Shown here: positions 34,614-38,533 of the stretch, one piece after another | Position numbering within the stretch: position 1 is the stretch's first letter | How the letters are laid out: each line of letters opens with the position of its first letter | Made by a program: the position numbers and the translations under genes | The notes under the pieces: generated by a model | Told to the model about the DNA's origin: nothing | Databases searched by the model: none | What the model saw: the letters and a program-made list of their open reading frames with translations, nothing else | Virus record (IMG/VR): IMGVR_UViG_3300034410_000409 | Coordinates: 1-38,533 of that record | Source: a virus | Taxonomy: Duplodnaviria > Caudoviricetes | DNA length: 38,533 nt | Direction: 5' to 3' (one strand)

Positions 34614-36446
34614 TTATGCCATCATGTAATCTTTACGAAGTTGACTATCCCTGCCAAACATCATTTCAAATGTCTTAGCGTCGTCAACAGTAACTGTGTC
34701 ATACACTGGTTCATTAATGATGGTACTATATTCGTCTTCTTGAAGTGAACCAAGACCTTTGATGTATCTATGTTTCCATCCGGCTTGGTCTGATTTAAAT
34801 TTACTCGCTTCTTCATATGCATAGAACCACTTAACATCTTTTGCTTTAGATGAAATCATGATTGGAGTACGAGTAATCTTGACTTTCTTTTCAAGTAATA
34901 GACGAGGCCAAAACTTGTAGAAGAAAGCGATAAGCAATGGACTAATGTGTCCAATACCATCGTGGTCAGCATCAGTTAGAATTGCGATATGCTTATATGT
35001 CATATAGTCAACGCTATTTGGATTTGTAATATCTAATCCAAGAACTGATATTAATTCTGATAATTCTTTATTCTTAAGAACATCAGCTGGTTTCATGTCC
35101 CATGTGTTCATGATTACACCACGTAGTGGGTAAGCACCAACCTTATTAGGATCACGTACCTTCAGCAAGAAACCCATAGCTGAATCACCCTCTACAATTT
35201 TAAGAGTGGCATCATCACGGTTAGCTGAAATGTGTTTTGCTACCTTTACTTTACGAAGTTTCTTTTGAGCAAGTGTAGCGGCTCGACGATCGGCTGCAAT
35301 TTTCTTTGCAAGCTGAGCTTCAATAATAGGATCAATGATTGTAGGACTATTAAGGATCTTACGAGCGATTGCATCAGACTCCTTAATACCAGCAGCAAGT
35401 GCGTGTTCACGAACATTACTCATTGGATTCGTTAAACGTTCTTTTGTTTGTGAATCAAACTTTGGATTCGTAAAGTTCCTTGCAAACATTACAAACGTAA
35501 GACCATTCTTAATAGTTGACTTAGCAACTTCAATTTTGTGCTTACGCTTAATCATTGCACCAAGATCTTCTAATACGGCATTCGTAAGGAAGTCGACATA
35601 TGTACCACCTTGACGAGTGTTCACACCATTCACGAATGAATTAGAACGAAAGCCATCTTCAGAGGGAGCATAAAAGAAAGCAAGATCTTCAGATTTCTCA
35701 ACAATAAATTCGCCTTCATCACCAACAAATAACTTAGCATATTTCTTAAGATCATTGACCTTAATTCTACGCTTATTAAATGAGAATGCAATTTCAGGGA
35801 AAGCCATTTGAAGACTAATCATACGATCTTCAATAAGAGATACTGTATCTAAAGAATCAAGATCATCTATTTCAAATAATGTATAATCAGGTACGAATGA
35901 AACTTCAGTACCAGAACCTTCAATGCCTTGCTTAATTTGAACGTCAACTGAGTCACCGCCGTTTTTGCATCGAACTTCAACGCGTTTACCGGCTGACCAA
36001 GTCTTACCAACAAATTTAGAGGAAAGGAAGTTAGTCGCTGCTGAACCAACACCGTTAGTACCAATAGTAACACGTTCATCATCGAACGATGTACCAGCAT
36101 TAACTCGTGTCCAAGCAGCTACTGGGCGAAGTATCTTGTCACCCGATGCTTCATCAAAGATTTCATCTTGTGGAATACCACGACCATTATCTGTAACAAC
36201 CACGACGCCATTCTTTACTGATACATCAATCTTATTAGCATATTTGAATTTAGTTCGAATAGCTTCATCAATTGAGTTATCAAGAATTTCATCAACCATT
36301 TTAGATAGTGCTGGAACGTAGTCTGCTTTTTTCCACTCACCCATAACAAAGCGTTCAATTTCCTCTTTGGAGGACGAACCCATGTACATACCAATACGTT
36401 CACGAACGTGCTGTCGTGCCGTTAATATTCTAAAGTCTTCAGCCAA
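34614..36446 (-). CDS. 39: Type II DNA topoisomerase large subunit (gp39+60 fused, GyrB-like)
   Basis: EILDNSIDE, DNGRGIP, GTNGVG, EGDSA, PLRG, DADHDG and YIKGLG; TTG start with GGAG RBS. Confidence 0.95.
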   Translation of the reverse strand: MAEDFRILTARQHVRERIGMYMGSSSKEEIERFVMGEWKKADYVPALSKMVDEILDNSIDEAIRTKFKYANKIDVSVKNGVVVVTDNGRGIPQDEIFDEASGDKILRPVAAWTRVNAGTSFDDERVTIGTNGVGSAATNFLSSKFVGKTWSAGKRVEVRCKNGGDSVDVQIKQGIEGSGTEVSFVPDYTLFEIDDLDSLDTVSLIEDRMISLQMAFPEIAFSFNKRRIKVNDLKKYAKLFVGDEGEFIVEKSEDLAFFYAPSEDGFRSNSFVNGVNTRQGGTYVDFLTNAVLEDLGAMIKRKHKIEVAKSTIKNGLTFVMFARNFTNPKFDSQTKERLTNPMSNVREHALAAGIKESDAIARKILNSPTIIDPIIEAQLAKKIAADRRAATLAQKKLRKVKVAKHISANRDDATLKIVEGDSAMGFLLKVRDPNKVGAYPLRGVIMNTWDMKPADVLKNKELSELISVLGLDITNPNSVDYMTYKHIAILTDADHDGIGHISPLLIAFFYKFWPRLLLEKKVKITRTPIMISSKAKDVKWFYAYEEASKFKSDQAGWKHRYIKGLGSLQEDEYSTIINEPVYDTVTVDDAKTFEMMFGRDSQLRKDYMMA

Positions 36447-36476
36447 AGCTTAATCTCCATAACAATTTATAATACC

Positions 36477-36505
36477 ATTCTACACTGCTTTTAAGCAAAT
36501 GTCAA
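36477..36505 (-). promoter_or_regulatory. Early promoter for gene 39
   Basis: TTGACA-N17-TAGAAT; a second TTGACA-N17-TACTAT lies at 36600-36628. Confidence 0.8.
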
Positions 36506-36590
36506 CAGTTAATTTGATTTAATTTCATTTTATTTTTGATTGTCCGTATAAAAGGACGGTAGAAAGCACTTCTGCAGTGATTCTGCGAAG

Positions 36591-36602
36591 TATTTATAAA
36601 TA
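36591..36602. promoter_or_regulatory. Palindromic late promoter upstream of gene 3
   Basis: TATTTATAAATA. Confidence 0.7.
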
Positions 36603-36641
36603 GTACCATAAGCTGAAATAAATGTCAATAGGAATTTTCGT

Positions 36642-37130
36642 ATGATTACAAATTATTTATCTCCGATCTCGTTTAAGGTCATTATAGATAGACTTCCCAA
36701 TGTTGAGTTCTTTACACAAAGAGTCAATATTCCTGGTCTTAGTATGAGCGCGCCGGAGCAATTGTCTCCTATTCATAAGATCTATCAGACTGGTGATAGA
36801 ATTGAATATGCAGATCTTGACCTATCTTTTATAGTAGATGAGAACATGGAAAACTATAATGAGATTCTCAAATGGATGGAAGGGCTGGGTAATCCTGAAA
36901 CTTCAAAACAAAGAACAGATTTGATAGCATCCAAAGAAGGCTCACGATCAGATATATCTATAGTAGTAGAAAATAGTTCTCGTAATGGAAATATTGAGTT
37001 TACTTTCACTGAGGCTTTTCCAACATCTTTAACTGGCATTCCCCTCGATGTTACAAATACTGATGTTATTCCACCCGAAGTTAGTGTTACATTCCGTTAT
37101 ACTAATATGACGTTCAAAAAAATTAGTTGA
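36642..37130 (+). CDS. 3: gp3 tail completion / tube terminator protein
   Basis: NYLSP..F, VNIPGL, FIVDENMENY and AFPTSL; adjacent to uvsY. Confidence 0.8.
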   Translation: MITNYLSPISFKVIIDRLPNVEFFTQRVNIPGLSMSAPEQLSPIHKIYQTGDRIEYADLDLSFIVDENMENYNEILKWMEGLGNPETSKQRTDLIASKEGSRSDISIVVENSSRNGNIEFTFTEAFPTSLTGIPLDVTNTDVIPPEVSVTFRYTNMTFKKIS

Positions 37131-37155
37131 CATTCTCTCAAAACTGTATTATAAT
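37127..37155 (+). promoter_or_regulatory. Early promoter for uvsY-uvsW
   Basis: TTGACA-N17-TATAAT. Confidence 0.85.
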
Positions 37156-37193
37156 ATATTATAAAACGTACCACACTTGAGGATAACTGTATA

Positions 37194-37631
37194 ATGAGTA
37201 CTGATGATATTAGCGCTATATGGGCTGAGGATGCAAAAATCGATGAATCTAATCTTGGCGGTGAAGCTAAGAAGATTCCACAATTGCACAACAAATACTA
37301 TACCTTATATTATAAGGAAGCTTTGAAAGTAAAGAAGCTTCGTTATGATTACAAAGAACTTGAGCTTGCTAAACGCGAATGGCTTGATGGTTCTATGGCT
37401 GAAGAAGATCTACGGGAACGTGGATGGAAACCTCAACAAAAGAAAATCATTAGACAAGATCTCGATAAGCATTTGCAAGCTGATCCTGATATTATACGTT
37501 TAAGTCTAAAGATTGACTATCACACAGCAAACGCTGATTATCTCGAAGATGTTGTGAAGACTATTCATAGCAGAAACTTCATTATTAATAACATGATCGC
37601 AGTGCTCAAATTCCAACATGGCGAATATTAA
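37194..37631 (+). CDS. uvsY: UvsY recombination mediator
   Basis: W.ED.KID, IPQLHNKY, L.AD.D and I.SRNF.I.N.I. Confidence 0.9.
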   Translation: MSTDDISAIWAEDAKIDESNLGGEAKKIPQLHNKYYTLYYKEALKVKKLRYDYKELELAKREWLDGSMAEEDLRERGWKPQQKKIIRQDLDKHLQADPDIIRLSLKIDYHTANADYLEDVVKTIHSRNFIINNMIAVLKFQHGEY

Positions 37632-37795
37632 TGACGGAAGAAGAAGCTAAGCGTAAAGCTGAATTTCTTATTGAACGTGGTTACGTTGACGGTAAGGATG
37701 TAGATGTGCTTGCAAAAGAAATACTTGATAGTATAAATAAAGATGTCGATCGCGGAACTGCAATTCCCACCGACACTAATACTAATAAGGAGTAA
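37631..37795 (+). CDS. Small hypothetical protein (54 aa)
   Basis: TAATG coupling; MTEEEAKRKAEFLIERGY... Confidence 0.55.
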   Translation: MTEEEAKRKAEFLIERGYVDGKDVDVLAKEILDSINKDVDRGTAIPTDTNTNKE

Positions 37796-37800
37796 TCAGC

Positions 37801-38283
37801 ATGGCTATTTATACATTCACCGGCGATTTTGCCGAAGACCTCAAAAACTTTCCCACACCAGATATCCCTAAAGATGCACTGCGTTCTTGGGGTGGAGATA
37901 CCACTTCAAATACATTTTGGATAACTAATGGTGATTCCGAAAAATTACTACAACCTGAAGAACAGATACCAGCAGGTTGGAAAAAGGGAAGAAAATCTTC
38001 TTTACCCTTTAAAGATTCCTTAAAACAAAAAGAATTTGGCTCTAGAGTAAATCCTGAAAAACATAAACAGGGTTTAAAAGAAGCGTGGGCTTCTGGTAAA
38101 TTTGCTAATAGAGATAATACTAATCTAGGTAAAAATCAAAATTGGACAGAAGAACGCAAAGCTCATGCTAGTAAAATGGCTTTGAAGCGCGAAAGACTTA
38201 CTTGTCCTCATTGTTCAACTACAGCAACACCTGCTATGGCTAAGAGGTGGCATTTCGACAACTGTAAGACTCTATATAAATAG
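37801..38283 (+). CDS. Homing-endonuclease-associated DNA-binding modules without an evident nuclease domain
   Basis: FWITNG...IPAGWKKGR module, NUMOD-like helices and CPHC...RWHFDNCK zinc motif. Confidence 0.6.
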   Translation: MAIYTFTGDFAEDLKNFPTPDIPKDALRSWGGDTTSNTFWITNGDSEKLLQPEEQIPAGWKKGRKSSLPFKDSLKQKEFGSRVNPEKHKQGLKEAWASGKFANRDNTNLGKNQNWTEERKAHASKMALKRERLTCPHCSTTATPAMAKRWHFDNCKTLYK

Positions 38284-38313
38284 TACTATAGTTGATAATG
38301 AATAGGTGATAAT

Positions 38314-38533
38314 ATGGAAGAACTTAACGTAGAAATAAAGAATGCCGTACATCTGGTGGTTACCGGAGACAGCGGTGTTCGTATGGAATTAGCCGATTAC
38401 TTTAGCTTTAAACCCAATGGGTATCAATTTTCGCCTGCGTACAAGAACAGAATGTGGGACGGCGTAATACGACTTTTCCAACCAATGCGTCCAGTTCTAT
38501 ATGTCGGCCTATTCCCTCGTCTTAAAAAGTTTT
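38314..38533 (+). CDS. uvsW: UvsW helicase (5' part only)
   Basis: ELADYFSF...YQFSPAYKNRMWDG.IRLF...LYVGL. Confidence 0.9.
   Translation, partial: MEELNVEIKNAVHLVVTGDSGVRMELADYFSFKPNGYQFSPAYKNRMWDGVIRLFQPMRPVLYVGLFPRLKKF

Noticed and set aside
34614-36446. Ribosomal bypass, intron or intein in the topoisomerase large subunit
   Set aside because: The ORF is continuous at 610 aa with all motifs; the fused form is the usual one outside T4.
36542-36588. Two short hairpins between the tandem gene 39 promoters
   Set aside because: The helices are short and imperfect, insufficient to call an RNA element.

Overview
This window is a segment of a large T4-like (myovirus-type) phage genome, probably infecting an aquatic proteobacterium (inferred from the IscU and 7Fe-ferredoxin types and consensus sigma70 promoters). 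T4 core genes are recognisable: dexA, dCMP deaminase, gp42-like dCMP hydroxymethylase, an alpha-glucosyltransferase homolog, gp4, gp52, fused gp39+60, gp3, uvsY and uvsW. There are also TTGACA-N17-TATAAT early promoters, TATAAATA late promoters and two tRNAs. Two modules stand out. (1) At 1-8.7 kb, a cytosine hypermodification operon joins gp42-like and AGT-like genes with a HAD-phosphatase/kinase fusion, an HxGH nucleotidyltransferase, a C5-methyltransferase with an altered SAM motif, a mini UDG-fold protein, a ferredoxin, two dNTP pyrophosphatases and a PD-(D/E)xK-like nuclease. This suggests a non-glucose, phage-made modification donor. (2) At 19.1-22.7 kb, a late-promoter operon encodes five signal-peptide proteins plus a membrane-anchored coiled coil, including a pilin-like subunit and a chaperone-like protein but no usher, which suggests a phage-encoded periplasmic or surface fibre system. 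The pilin-like gene also has a protein-like in-frame extension after its TGA. Several intergenic regions fold into complex RNAs (16.76-16.95, 24.01-24.11, 25.12-25.25 and 11.64-11.67 kb), and both tRNAs overlap the stop codons of upstream ORFs. All calls are from motif recognition by eye; no searches were run.
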